Of a stretch of DNA of 64,000 nt, positions 13,201 through 26,305 are shown piece after piece. The stretch is taken from NCBI GenBank assembly GCA_001244265.2, contig CDLV01000004.1, positions 1,302,001-1,366,000 on the forward strand, in the 5' to 3' direction. Under the pieces are notes generated by a model. The model was not told the origin of the DNA, did not search any database, and saw nothing but the letters and a program-made list of their open reading frames with translations. The stretch's first letter is position 1; the number at the start of each line of letters is the position of its first letter. Source of the DNA: Microbotryum violaceum (lineage: Eukaryota). Both the position numbers and the translations under genes were made by a program.

Positions 13201-14333
13201 GTCAGTCGAGGTCCACCAAGTCTCTACTCGCAATCGTAAAGGCAAGGGCAAGGAGAGGGCTCGAGCGGAGGAGGAGGAGATGCCAACGGGTACTCCGATT
13301 GTGACTCTTGATCCAGATAACGAGTTAACGATTTATCTCGAGAATCGGCGAAGAGAGGTTTTGGACGCTCAAGATCAAGGCGTTGGCACCTCATCGGGGT
13401 CAATCCAACGCGCATCGGGCTCGCAAAAGAAATCTCGACGGGATCAACCGGAAGCATCGGGTAGCGCCGAAGGTTTCGAGACGGACCAAAGCTCCGTCGA
13501 TGATGAGGTTCGACGTAGAAACCGACGTGCCCAACGACAGGTCGTCGATGACGAAAGCGCCGGGGACGACCGACGTCGTCGCCGCAAGGATGCGGTTGCC
13601 GGGCCTAAGCCACCAAGCAAGAAGCGGTCCCGCGTGAAGTCGGACTCGGATGACTCGGACGAACACGCGAATGCTCCAATGCGCGACTTTCTGAAGGCGA
13701 CGCACACGCGCAAGCGACCTCAATACGAAGGCGTCGTGCTCTCCAGTGATACAAGCGATAGCAATAGCGACAGTGACGACATGCCGCCCGAACCACCTCG
13801 GTGCCATAATGTAAGTACTACAGACCGATCGCACAATGTTCAAACTTACTAACTCTATCTGGCCTTGACCGTACGTGGCGGGCGATGCAGATTTATCGCC
13901 AGAACCGCAACGTGCCGGGTGCCCGCATTCCATGGTGAGCCAAGGCCCCGCTCACCCACCCATACCTTGCGCGCGCTAACTCTTCGGGTCGTCGACGGGA
14001 TCGTGCTCAGGTCTTATGAAGAGGACAGGTGCCTAACGGAGGCAATGAGGCACCACCAATGCCGATGGAGTCAAATCATGGCGCTGCACGGCCCGCAAGG
14101 AACCATCGATGACATTCTCAAGCATCGCACTTCGATGTCTCTTAGGGATCGAGCGGTGAACCTCAAGGTAAACCTCGTCAAGCAGGGGTTGAGAGTCCCC
14201 AGTTATCTGAAGCCAGGTGAGAACCTGCTCGCTCCTTCTTGATAGGTGTGTGAGATCTGGAGCGCTGATTGAGCTATTTGTTTTTACAGTCAGTATTCGG
14301 AAGCGAGCAGGATTGAGGAGCCTGTATTTTTGA
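10286..14333 (+). CDS. TBF1: Tbf1-like telomere-repeat binding factor (TRF domain plus C-terminal telobox Myb), multi-exon
   Basis: IRRANLVTF...FLTLVVP...LTGLRIQ|AYLS (TRF domain); EEDRCL...WSQIMALHGPQG...LKHRTSMSLRDRAVNLKVNLVKQG..VPSYL (telobox); stop inferred after intron 14217-14289. Confidence 0.75.
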
Positions 14334-14619
14334 TTGAGATGATCCCGTATTCAGTGTGAACTGGGCATGACTCGAGAGACGGCAATGAGGAGGCCTGAGC
14401 TTTCCGGAAACCGTTCCGCGGACGCCGCCCTCACTGCCGAGCCTGCACGAGCCCCTCGCGAACCTACTCGGCGCACGGGCGTTTGAGGAGTGCTGAGCAC
14501 ATGAGCACATCCGAGGCCAGTTCATGATTTCGGTGTCCGGCTTGGTGTATGTACTTGTTGTTGCTCGTTCGCCTCTTTCCTTCTCGTTTCTTTGCTGCTT
14601 TATCAATCCCCAAATCACG

Positions 14620-15531
14620 ATGCGCACCCCTTCCCTCGCGTTCGTCTTGCTTGGTCTAACGTCTGCAGTCAGCGCTATTGGTGAGAGATCTCGACCCATG
14701 TGATAGTGTGAAGCGAAATTGACGCGAATGTCATTTTTTCCAGCCGTTGGTGAACCCAACCCTGCCACCCCCAAGGCCCATACTGAGCAGCTCGAGGCGT
14801 TCTGTAAAATGTTTACTACCAGTGTAAGCACCCGCTCCGAGGCGTCGAAAGGAAGGAAGGATAAAGGCACTCACTTCTCAGGATGCTGAAATTGACCTTT
14901 GGCCCCCCTATCGACAGTGCTGGTCGACGGTGAAGACGAAGAGCGCAGGTTTGCACAGATGGTACGTTGCTGCGCTCGTGTCCGACGGCATGCGTGGTCC
15001 GACGTTTTGCACAATCTTGCTGATCGTCTCTCTTTCCACGCTGGCAGCTACTGGAAGACGAATGAAGACAGTGTCAAAACCTTTTGCGGGGAAGTCAAAG
15101 TCGTGACTGAGGTAATCAACTCGACTGGCCACGTCAAAGCGACCGTTCAGAAGACCGAGCTGCCCAAGGACGGCAAAGTCTCGCTTCCTACGCATCTCGT
15201 TTACGTGCACAAGAAAGTGAGAAAATTCAAGTTATTCGACTATGTAGGTGAACTCTATCGGATTTGTTGGAGAAGTTTGGAAGCTTGCACTGACGTCATC
15301 TGGTATTGTCAATTCGCTTCACATCGAAAACAGACCCCTAAAGTGCTCAAGCATCTCAGCGCCAACGCAACCACTCCGACGCGCCAAATTCTCAAATACA
15401 CCAAAGAAGACACGAGGTTCAAAAACGCTACTCGGAAGAGGTCGGAAGACCGAGTGGTGCGTGTCATCAAGGCGCCCAAGCACGCTCCTCGCCCCGAACG
15501 CCCCTTTTTGGGCATCTTAGCTACTTTGTAG
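14620..15531 (+). CDS. Small secreted protein (183 aa, 4 Cys), candidate effector
   Basis: Exons 14620-14680, 14744-14823, 14918-14961, 15048-15216, 15334-15531 join in frame (552 nt) with GT-AG introns; N-terminus MRTPSLAFVLLGLTSAVSA is signal-peptide-like. Confidence 0.75.
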
Positions 15532-15759
15532 CTTTTCTTACGTGCCGGCTGATTTGCAATCGACCCTGTTGCGACACATTCTGCAATGCACCCGAGCAGA
15601 ACTCGAAGATCAGGTTGAGTAGATTGAGGAGACAATGGTGAACACAATGAAGATACCCTTCTCGGGAATTCATCACTGGTCAGGTACTTCAGGCGATAAG
15701 AGGACGAGCGAGAAAATTGCAGCAGGGCTCTATTGCTGCGTTTATGCCCCAAACAGCTC

Positions 15760-17791
15760 CTACGCTCTCTGACACCTCTGCACAAAACTGACAACGGCGT
15801 ACTTCCCACTGACGCGCCAACTCGGGTCCGTCCGATCCAACTCCTCAGCTTTCCCTTCTTCCAACCCTACGCATACGTCGGCTTTGCACGTTCGCAGCGA
15901 GAGGATGTCGAATTCACCTTTCAGGGGACCGAGGGTGTCCTCGAAGGACGTGATCGTCGGCCAGCAGGCGTCGTAGGTCATTTTCCGCTGGAGAGGTGTA
16001 TCAGTGGAGATTCTGTCAGCTGGAGAGTAGCGCAAGGATACTTGTGTGAACGTACGTAGTTGAGATCACCCTTGAAGATAACCAGGGACGCTTTCTTGAG
16101 CTCCCTCAAAAGTTCCGGCGCCTCACTGGGCAAATCGGCGAACGCTTGAGGACCAGTCCAGACTATGAAATCCAAAGAGGTTCATTGGATCAACTGGAGC
16201 AGATTGGGTTTCAAAGTCTTGTTAGCTTACAGTCAGCGATCTCGCCACCCGGAGCGCCCATCTCGAGATCGAGCGGGGTGCTTAATCGGAAGACACCCTT
16301 ATCGACGTAGGACTGCCATCGTTCAACCATCGCGTTCAGAGCTTGACGGTCCTCGTCACTCGCTCCCGAGTCGGAGGGGAAGAAACTTGGGTCGAGGAGG
16401 GAAGAGAGGAGAACTTTGAAGTCGTGAGGTTGACTGAGGAGAGGCAGACAAGATTCAGAAATCACCTTTTCCCAGTGAACACAGATCTGGAAGATGCAAG
16501 TACTCACACGTCGCTGACGAACCACGGGATGAGCTTCGGGTGGAACACGATCTCTGAGCAGAAGGGAGAGAGAGTCTGGGTGGCCACGAGCTCGAGATCA
16601 GTTGGATTCTACAGAGTCTGAGCTAGCTGCGGACCGACCAAAAGCCAATCTCCAAGAACGAGATCGGAGTAGAGTTCGAAGCCCGACTGGACAAAGTATT
16701 ATATCAATCAGTCTGAACCTATACCCGAATTGAAGTTTGAAAAGATCACGGCTCACGTTGTCCAAGACGATGTCGATTCGCTTCTTGTCGAGCGTCTTGA
16801 CGTGCTGCCACACCTTGGCAAAATCGTTTTTCAGGACAAAGTTGGCGCCACGTTCGACACTTTGGAGTGCTTGGATGTCTTCGTGCGTGAGCGATGTGAG
16901 AAGGGACAGATCCGTCGCGTTACCTGGCCGGATAGAGGATCCGAGGGCAGAACTGATCGTCAGTCTCAGTCAAACGGCCATCACCGGCAAGTGCTCCCCT
17001 CGACAAAAGACTGACCCCACAAGCAGATCTCGAGCATCTTGATGAAATCGGCATGGAGTTCTTGCTCGCTCGGTTGACCCTTCTTGACGAGGTCCTGCAC
17101 GGATCGGGCGAGGGCATAGATGCCCGTAGCCGAGGATCGGAAAGCACCGAGCTTCTGACTGGCGAAGCAATCAAACGATCGCCAGTGCTCGGTGGAGGAG
17201 AACATTGCTCGAAGACGACGGTACCTTTTCAGACATGGGCCATCCATGATTAGCAAGGTCATATGTGTGAGGTGTGCCCCGACGACTGAACTTGCATGTA
17301 GCATTCGGCATAGAGCCACGAAGCATTGAACCACTTGATCGGCTTCCCCTCCGCTCGAGCAGTCGCCAAGACGTTATTGTAGACCTTGGCATCGTTGGGT
17401 AATCCCGCACTGGCATCAATGTCGGGTAGCTCCCTGTCGTGCCGCATTTCGTAGATGAGGCCGGCGATGTCGTTGATGAGCACTTTCGACTCTTTGAGCT
17501 TGCCCTCGTCTTGCGGTTGAAGGAGGTGTCCATTGAGTTTGGAGAGCTCATCGATCACACCGGTCAGGATTGTGGGCCATCTGGGAGGTAGACATAATGC
17601 GGAGGGTCAGTTCCTGCATCGTTTGAGCCGCATTGCGATCGCGCGAACGTGGTCATTTGAACGGTGCGAATGCTGATCGTATGAGGTGGGGGGGAGGAGG
17701 AGACTCACCGCTTGACAGTGGATTCATAAGCGAACGAGGTCGGTTGGGAAGCCGAGCACAGCTCAACAGAAGATTTCCAACTGGACGGCAT
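15760..17791 (-). CDS. ARMT1/DUF89 damage-control phosphatase, multi-exon
   Basis: SFAYESTVKR|WPTILTGVID, WLYAECY, IDIVLDN|SGFELYSDL, FHPKLIPWFVSDV, LVIFKGDLNY, LRTCKADVCVGL, GKYAVVSF. Confidence 0.9.
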
Positions 17792-18028
17792 ATTGTGAGC
17801 AGGCTCCTTGCGGACGTGGGAGGAGGCAGAGGAGCCAACGCAGCCCCGAGTTGACGCGACGCGATGCCCGAAGCGATCCAAGTTGATTGATGGGCGGATT
17901 GCCTCTGCTCGGAGCGGACCTTTCCCGGTGTAAATTGTGTCTTATTTCTACTGACGATCGAGATTTGTTTATTACTTGGGGATTCCAAAGCAGCCCGAAT
18001 TTAAATTACTAAATGATCCTCCCACCAC

Positions 18029-21000
18029 CTAAGCTAATTCTTCGAGTACCCCACGCCCAACCCCTTTCCTTCTCGTTTCGACCATCCTTACGCCCATCTT
18101 GTCCAGCTCGTTTAGTAGCGGTTTCCAAACTTGGGGATCCGAAGGCGTGACGATACCCTTCTTTGTCAGTTGCTCGTCTAGAATGAGCAGAGCTCCGATC
18201 GCGATAGGTACGCCGACCGTTGTCGCCATCGCCGAAGCTTCGGAAGTGCCGTACTGATGAATAAAAGCAGGAGAACCCGGTAAGTACTACAAAATTCGTC
18301 CCCATCGTTCCACATCTTCCTTGTTTACTCACTTGAACCAATGTGCTCGAGAATAACTCCACCTCACCAGTCTTCTCATCTTGGGTGCATAGCTCGTGGT
18401 GGAGCAGGACGGCATCTCTTTCGTCTGGCTTGTAGGCGAGTTGGTGGCCGAGCAGGATCGAAAGCAAGTCCAGAGGAGCTGTGAGCTCATTCGGGATAGT
18501 GGGGAGGGTTTGAGCGGCAGTGACAGTCTGGGCGTCTGTCGGGGCGAGACCGAGTCTGTGCACATAGGAGCTGAGGAGGAGAATTTGCGGGAGGTGAGCA
18601 GGGCGACTAAAGTCAGACTCACTCTTCTAGCGTAGCCAAACAATCTTTCGCCAGCTTCTCATCAGAGCCCAACGCCTTCGTCATGGCATCGATCCTCTCA
18701 TCACGAGTCTTGATCGCCCGATGCCCAGACTCAGCGAGAACGGCGTCCAACAACACGCTCCACCTCACAGGCACCGTCTCGAGCTTGTCCAACGACAGCA
18801 AACCCAGTCGCTTGAACCCATCTACGATCCTCGAGAACCCAGGATATCTCAGAGTACCTCGGAGAATGGTAGGAAGGTCCTTGGGGAGTCCGTATTGCTC
18901 GAGGTAGGATACCGAGTCTCGGTTCGCCACGCCTTCGAGGGAGAAGCCGGGAAGGATGGGGACACGAGGGAAGTTGGAACGCAGGAGGTCCGCACCGGAG
19001 ATGGTCCGGTCTTTACCGTTTAGTCGGAAGGTCGCTGAGTTGAGGGCGGCGGTGAGGACCCCTCGTGGTGACCATCTGAGAGAACAAACAAAACAACGTG
19101 AGACCATACCTCCAAGGGTGAGATTGGGAGCACACTCACGAAAACTTGTAGCCGAGAGGACCGTTACTCAACTCCGGCCCTGGCAGACCACCGCAGAAGG
19201 ACACGAACGAAGTGATCTGAACGTGCTTACCTCGGTATCAGTTAAGGTGTAACAGACACCGCCTTGAAATTAAGCTCACCTTGGTCCCAGATTCTCGTGC
19301 CTCTTCGATCAATCGGCATCCACTAGCATGGTCGATTCCGGGGTCGAGACCGAGTTCGGGAAGGATCGTGATTCCCGCAGAAGCAGCCCTGTGATGAAGA
19401 TGGCAACCCATTCAGTGAGCAGACTGATCTCCGTCTCGACAATTGGAATGCACGTACTTAGACTGTAATGCAGCCATCTCGGGGGAGACGTAGCTCGCGG
19501 TGACCAGCGAAGTCGATCCCGTGATGCAAAGCTCCGCGATCCCGACGTGAAGAGGCGCGGGCAATAGACTGCGCAGGAGATCAACGATCCGGCATGTCAG
19601 CGGCGCAGAGTGTTTGTGCTGTGCCGGAATCGACGTACCTCAGAACAACATCTGCGCTCGTAACCAGCTCTTCGAGCACACCATCCCTCGTCGCATCGAG
19701 AGCAACCGCCTTGACGTTCTCGTAAGGAGCGACGAGAGCTTCGGCTGCTGCGAGATCGTTGCTCGCCACAACGACGTCCAAGTCCTTCCTCGACGCAAGC
19801 GTTCGGATCGCAGGGCCGGCAACGAGACTGATTACCCAACATCATCAGTAAGGGATTTGTGGGATTTGAACAAAAGTGCTCTTCTCACTTACCCTGAACC
19901 GAGGACGACGACTTTCCGCCTCTCGACACCGACCGACTGAGCCCCTTTGAGCGCCTGGTACAAATGTTCATGACCAGGCGTAAGTCGGCCCCCTTCCACT
20001 ATCGTCGCCCTCTTCAACGATTCAGCAATTTCGTTGCCATTCTTGACTTGACTCGTTTTGGGCTCCTTCAACAACGCTTCGACGTAAGGCAAGATCGATT
20101 CGGAGAAATGCTCCGAAGCATCCCTCGGCAACGCGGCGGGGTAAATCTCAACGGCCGAAATTTGCGTGGCTCCTTTCTGACTCGGTTCTCGGGAGATCAA
20201 GTCCGAATTGGCATCGTATTGGATCACCGGGTCATCGATCGTCGTCGCGGCTTTGACGAACTCGAGCGCCCCGTCAAAGTCGCATGCTGCGTCGACGATC
20301 GCGAGCATTCGCTCGGGGGATCCGCCCTTTTGAATCTTGGCTAGTTGAGACGTCGATAGAATGCGAGGGCATCCCGGAGCCCAGTAGGCGCCGTTGAAGA
20401 AGAGCGTCGTGTAGGGAGCGACCTATCGAAGAACACTCCAAGTCAGGGGTGGCTCAGAATGATCCCAGACTACAGGTAGAAGCTCACCTCGGTATCAAAT
20501 CTGGACACATAGTTGTCAGGATGAGATCGATACTCCTCCCTGTCAAAGTTATTGCCATCTTTGTGCTTCAAGTAGTCCGAAAGTTCGAGATGAACGGCGT
20601 AAATCTTGTTCTTGTCCGAGTCTGCGCGGAAGAAACAAGGTTAGTTCTTATTACTTAGGTCTTGCCGGAGCTGAGCCCGGCAAGGAACTTGCGAACGACT
20701 TACTTGGGTTCTCAACGGCAGATTTCAGCCCTCTCAAATCGACCCATTCGACACCGAAAGCGTCCAGCACCTCTCGTGCACCATTCCCAACCCTCCCCTT
20801 GCCCGCCACAGCAATAGTCACCACCCCGGTCTTGGGCCCGTTCCATTCCTTGCCAGCTCGAACAAGTTGCTGTTTCAACTCTTCAACACCGCGACTCGAA
20901 CTAGGGCGAACGAGACGGATCAAACTCGTGTCCACACCTCTAGAAGCCAAGAGCTTGGTCCCGAGGGATGACAAGCCGTCGCACATGGCTGCGAATCCGG

Positions 21001-21922
21001 CAAACCGACCGAAAGCGGTTGTTCGTTCGAGCTTGCCCGACGGCCCTTTGGGAGCGGTCAGGAGTTCCCAATCGAGGTAGCGGGCACCAGACTGAAGCAT
21101 TGTCGAGAGGAGGGGCATGTTGTAGGACTGGCCCTTGTGGGTGTGGGAGAAAAAGAGGTACGTCGGCTGTTTCTTCGGGGTTTGGGACTTCGAAGGGAGG
21201 AGACGAGGCAATGGTATCTCTTTGATCCCGACGATGACATCGCAGTGGGGCAAGAGATCATCGGTGATAATCGCACCAACCTGAGGATCGAGACCCGAGT
21301 CGGTAATGTCAGCACATCATCACCCGACGATCGTTCAGCGAGCGGCTCGCTGGCTGATCGGATCACGTGACTTCGAAAAGGGGAGGCCCTCGCAACCAGG
21401 GCACCACGCGAGCGCGAACCCCCACTTGAACCGCCGGTCGGCATCTCGGGATCGTTATCTCTCTCGCTAAACCCTACATGACGATACCCATCTTGGCTAA
21501 AGTCCGGAACCCCTATCCGTACATATTTTAGGCCAGTGGCGCGTTGTAGCACCTCCTACCGCTCGGCGTGTAAAGATTTGCGGTATGCTTCGGCTCGGCG
21601 CACTCGGATTCGGCCGAGCTGGGCACACACCACGCACCGGCGAGACGAGACAGCCGAGGGCTCGAAGGCGATAAGGGATGTTCTTGCAGAAGGAAGGAAG
21701 GAAATGACTCACGTCTTTATAATCTTGATCAGTGAAGCATCGCTTCTCCGAAGGCATGACCAAGACCTTGTGCTTGCCGTCTCGGATCAAGCACTGGACG
21801 TGTGTCGGCGTCAAGGCGCTTCTTCGTTCCCAGATCCGTTTGGCATCCTCGGCGCGAATGCCGAGAGTGCCGAGATTGTATCGAGAAGTGTGGAACGAAC
21901 GGGGTAGAGTGGCTCGTAACAT
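18029..21922 (-). CDS. AASS: Bifunctional lysine-ketoglutarate reductase/saccharopine dehydrogenase (alpha-aminoadipic semialdehyde synthase), probably mitochondrial
   Basis: [99 protein letters not shown]-terminus resembles a mitochondrial presequence. Confidence 0.9.
21281..21712 (-). ncRNA. Unusually long (432 nt) first intron of AASS with a possible structured RNA
   Basis: GTGAGT...CCTCAG joins [11 protein letters not shown] in frame; several complementary stems inside; other introns in the window are mostly 60-120 nt. Confidence 0.35.
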
Positions 21923-22225
21923 ACTGCCGTGAAGCTGGGGGTGATGCGTAAAGCAAAGAAAGAGCGAACGGACGCAAGCTTCAGACTGCTTGAAAGACGT
22001 CAAAGTCGGGCGCTGAGCGTCGACTCGGAAGACGTCCGAGACGACGGCCAACAGTCGAGCGCGAAGCTATTCAGATCGCGCCGCGCGTGACCGCGTGACT
22101 CGGCATGCCGATTCGCCGACGCCAGCCGCCAGTCGCCTCGCCCAGCAGGTCGACCGCAGCCGACTCAGGGAGAATCGAGTAATTCCAAGTAGTACAACAA
22201 CAGCAAAGCCATAAACAGTCGCTAC

Positions 22226-23490
22226 TCACTTTCTAGCTCTAATCAAATAGAATCCCAACTCGCCCTTCCCCTTCTTTCCGGCCCCCGAATACCACTTGAC
22301 GAACTTGGCATAAATCTTCAGCCCTGACCAAGTTGGACCATGCAACCCAAAACCGACGCTCTGGTCATGGCGGTCAATGAAGTTGAGCCATCCGGGCCAG
22401 ACATCGTCCGAGATGTCGATGAGCTCAATCTCTTTGTAGCCTTGTTGGAGGAGATTGGCTCGATATCGACTTGGCGTTTGCAGATTTGAGAAAGGGAGAG
22501 AAGCGGCTTTGCAGAGAAGACGAAGGAGGAATCGATCGCGCATCAAGAGGGTTCGGGAACTTAGGAGGAGGTCCGTCATACATAAGTAGCCGTGGGGGGA
22601 GAGGGCTTGGTACGAAGATCGAAGAAAGTCGTCTCGCGAGCGGAAGCTGGGAGTGGTTGAGCGGGGCAGGACAAGGGTTTGCTCCGGGTGGTGAGCTAAT
22701 GTTTCTCTGCTTCTGAACAGAGACGAGCTTTTCAACTTACTGATAAGCACAGTCGACAGCGACAATCACATCAAAAGCTCCTTCTTGACAATCGCGAATC
22801 ACCTTGACCGCATCCCCGTGCACCACCCTGGCCTTCTTGAGCTCGGCCGTCCGCTGACCTGCATGGAGGCGCCCCAGAAAGTCAGTTCCGAACAGCTTCT
22901 TTGAGAACCTGTAGGTCACAAGTATCCCACTTACAAGCTCTTTTATACTGAGGTTCCTCCAGCGTCACACCCGTGTACTCCAATCCATCGAACGACCGCT
23001 CCCAAACGAGGGTAGAGTCACCAGCTCCTATGCCCGCTTCCTACTCGAACCATCACCGACATACCTCAGTACCGAGAAGCTAGAGCATGAGATACCCAGT
23101 CTTTGCCCTGACGTACGAACACTCGCGTCGTTTGAAACCCTTTTCGATCTTTCACCGCTTCCTCCACGACGAGGTGACAAAGTGCTTCGCATGCCTCCCC
23201 GAACGTCTGCTGTGGTCTGCAGTGGTGAGGCACATGATACCCAGATCAGCTCCCCCAAGCTCAAACCACACACACAAGGTATGTACCCACCCTCCCACCC
23301 AATATCCCATATTGAACCATGCATGCTGAGGCGCAAGGACGTTGAGTGCGAAGGTGTCCCGTCGGTCCGAGTAGAAGCCTTCTCCGTCTACTTTGGGTCG
23401 GGTCACACGGTCAAGGAATCGGGAGAGGAGGAGACGGAGGAAGGGTATTGTGAGAAGCCCGACAAGATAGATCACTAGTGAGGGAGCCAT
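22226..23490 (-). CDS. Class I SAM-dependent methyltransferase with N-terminal hydrophobic anchor, multi-exon
   Basis: WFNMGYW, FDVIVAVDCAY, RDDFLRSSYQALSPHGYLCMTDL, DISDDVWPG. Confidence 0.75.
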
Positions 23491-23720
23491 GGGCGGCCAC
23501 GGCGAAAAGTGCGAAGGAGGAGCGCAAGGGGTGACACTGATCTCCCAAGTGGGGCCCCAGCTTTCGAGTGGCCCATCTTTCAATCAACGCAAAGCCTTTC
23601 GAAGATCGGGAAGAGGCCAAAGAACAGAAAAATTGCATTACTCTTGACGCAAACGGGAAATCGACACTAAGTGCGATAGTCGTACACAAACAAGTCCGCT
23701 CTCTGTCTCTGCCGTCACCG

Positions 23721-26305
23721 CTAGACCCCCTCACGACTCCTCATAAATGCCTTCTCCTCCTCGTATTGCAGGGAGTATTTGCTCCTCAATTGTTCCTCGA
23801 GACGTTTTTGCTGTTCCGTGTAGTCGGTCGGGGAATCTGAATGGATCCGATGGGTTTGAGCGTCAGCGGAGTTGGTCATGCGAATTCAAGAATGGGCTTT
23901 CAGGAAGAACTCACCATCCATCCCACTAACGCTCCTCAACTTGCCCAAAGCCTTCTTACTCGGTACCAAAGGGACATCATCGGTCGAATCGACAGAAGTC
24001 CTCGTATCAACTCGAGGACGAGTAGTTGTAGAAGAACCCTGCGTCGTCTCGGATGCGAAGGGGTCCAAGTCATGGAGGTCGACTTGGCCGTAGGAGCGCT
24101 CGGTGTGTTCCTCATCCGCCGTGGAATCGTGTGTTTTCGAGTTCGTCGTCGTAGCAGAGTCGGGGATTTGATACCCAGCGTTGTTGTTTCGGGGTGGCGA
24201 GGACAGGTAGGCGGCATAAGGGTTCCGACTTTCTCTCTTACTGCTCTCGTCCTGTTGAAACTCCCCAACCGCAGACGACGACATCTCATCCCCACTCCCA
24301 CTCCCACTCCCACTCCCGCTCGCACCATCACCCCGTGTATGGTCCCGCTCATCCACCTCCAGGTGATAATTCCCATTCCGATCCGGAGTCCCTGCATTCG
24401 CGCGATCGAACCTTGTCTCGACTCGACTCCTCGCTTCGGCCTCTTGCACCTGATAGTGCTCTGATAGACGATGCTGGTGATCGTCATAGAGCTTCAGCGC
24501 TTCGATCACTTCGGTGTGAGCGGCCAAGAGCATCGCGAAAGTTTTCTCTTCGTCCGTCTCTTCGGCCGTTCGTCGAGGGGTAGACTGGGATCTCGGCGGA
24601 CTGGACACGATCGGCGCGAAGGGGTTGTTACTCGAGAATCGATGCTCGTTCCTAGTTTCGTTCGTCGTCGTAGAGGGTTCTTCTGCAGGTGGTGCTTCTG
24701 CAAGCGCTTGGTCCGCCGCGATGCGTGATTGCTCGGCTTGAACCGTCGCCCATTGCAGGTTCTGCGTCAGGTAGTCCTGTGCTCCGAAGCATTGTGCGTG
24801 GAACTCCTGTGGTCACGGACGCGCACAGCGTCAGAGCAGGGTCCAAAGATTGAAAACAAAAATAGAGAGTACGAACCTGAACAATCTCGCTGCTCGTGAG
24901 ATCCTCGTCCTCCTTGGCGAACGCAACCGCCTCGTTCAGCATTCTCGCATATCCTCGCGCCTGCTCGGATTGGGAGCGCAAGTCCTTCATCTGATCACCC
25001 ACGGAAGGCATGCGGTGCGGTTCTTCGCGTCGACTCTGATGGTTGCGGCGGGATGATTGCATTCGAGGATCCGCGGTCGGGGTGAAGAGATCGTCTTCGG
25101 GGTCGAGAGGCTCGCCATTGAGTGGCGTACCGTCGGGTCGGATCTTGTTGTACAATGCAGTGATGGGTTTGAGATCGGCATCGAGCTGTATGGAGATTGT
25201 GATGGCGATGAGATCAACGAGTGTTGCCTCGTCTTTCCCAGATCCATCATCTTAACTCACGGCATACTCGTAGGCCAAGGGCGACAAAACCCTCAGAACC
25301 ATCTGCTTTACCGGCGGTTCGGTACTCCTGCTCGTGGCCAAGTTCTCGAGCTCGGCCAGGAACTTCTTGCTCGCGACTTCCTCTGTAAGGGACAGAGATA
25401 AAATGGAGAGCTGATTCGTCAGTTCGATCTACTTCTTCAGGACATTATTACAGCATGGACGTACTTCTGAATCGAAGGTCGGCGTTATGAGCGAGAATCC
25501 CGGTCAAGCGAACGGCCCGCTCTTGTGCCAATGGGACGGCGTGCTGTGAGCCACAAGTCACCAAGTTAGCTCGAACTCACTCTTGAGCTGTGGAAGGCGC
25601 GCACCCACCTTGAACTCTTTCCTCAAAGCCTTGGCCGCGTCCTAGAAAGCAGCAGCACCAGGGTTAGGCGGGGCGTCAGTCCTCGGCGTCACGTGTTCGT
25701 CTCGGGCAGAGTGTTTGGGCAGGGCACGGTGTCCTACTTTGGAAGCGGCGGTGGACAAGCCGATATGATCGGCCAAAGCTAAGACGTAGGTGAAGTCAAA
25801 TTGAGGGGTCGCACAACTCCAACCTGCGATGCGATAGAAGGCATGCTCAGCGTGCGTGACGCGAGGGCGGCCCGAGCACGCCGGCAAGGGAGCGCAAAAA
25901 GGAAGGGCCGGACTGAGACTGACCTATCGCATTCATGACATCCCTTACTCGCGGGGGTTGCATGACGACGGGCACGAGCTGGGGCACCATCTGGATCGCA
26001 TAGGCTTGGGGTGCGATCGGTACGTGCACAAAGTCGCCCTGACCGCCGCGCCCCTGTGCCGGGTATGGAGCATTGTGGCCCTGTTGCGAGGTTTCTGAGA
26101 AGAAAAAGTAAGATTGTTAGTACAAGTACAAATCAGGGCCTGGGCGTGTGTACTCACGGTTCTGAGCATCGCGGGCACGCTGATCGAACGTGGAGGGTGG
26201 CGGTGGCGGTGGCTGCTGAGGCGGGGGTGTCGAGGATGTTTCAGGAGCTGTAGCCGTGGCCGTTGTAGTCGCGGAGGACTTTTTATTGAAGAGACGTTTC
26301 ATCAT
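23721..26305 (-). CDS. VHS-GAT domain membrane-trafficking adaptor (Lsb5/TOM1-like), multi-exon
   Basis: VHS-like exons (VLALADHI...AAKALRKEFK); GAT region ARGYARMLNEAVAFA...IVQ|EFHAQC..AQDYL; LLAAHTEVIEALKLYDD; NPY motif. Confidence 0.7.

Noticed and set aside
21370-21640. Match of the intron to U2, U5, U12, RNase P/MRP, telomerase RNA, TPP or lysine riboswitch
   Set aside because: Only 7-9-nt similarities; diagnostic boxes (for example U5 GCCUUUUAC, TPP CUGAGA) are absent
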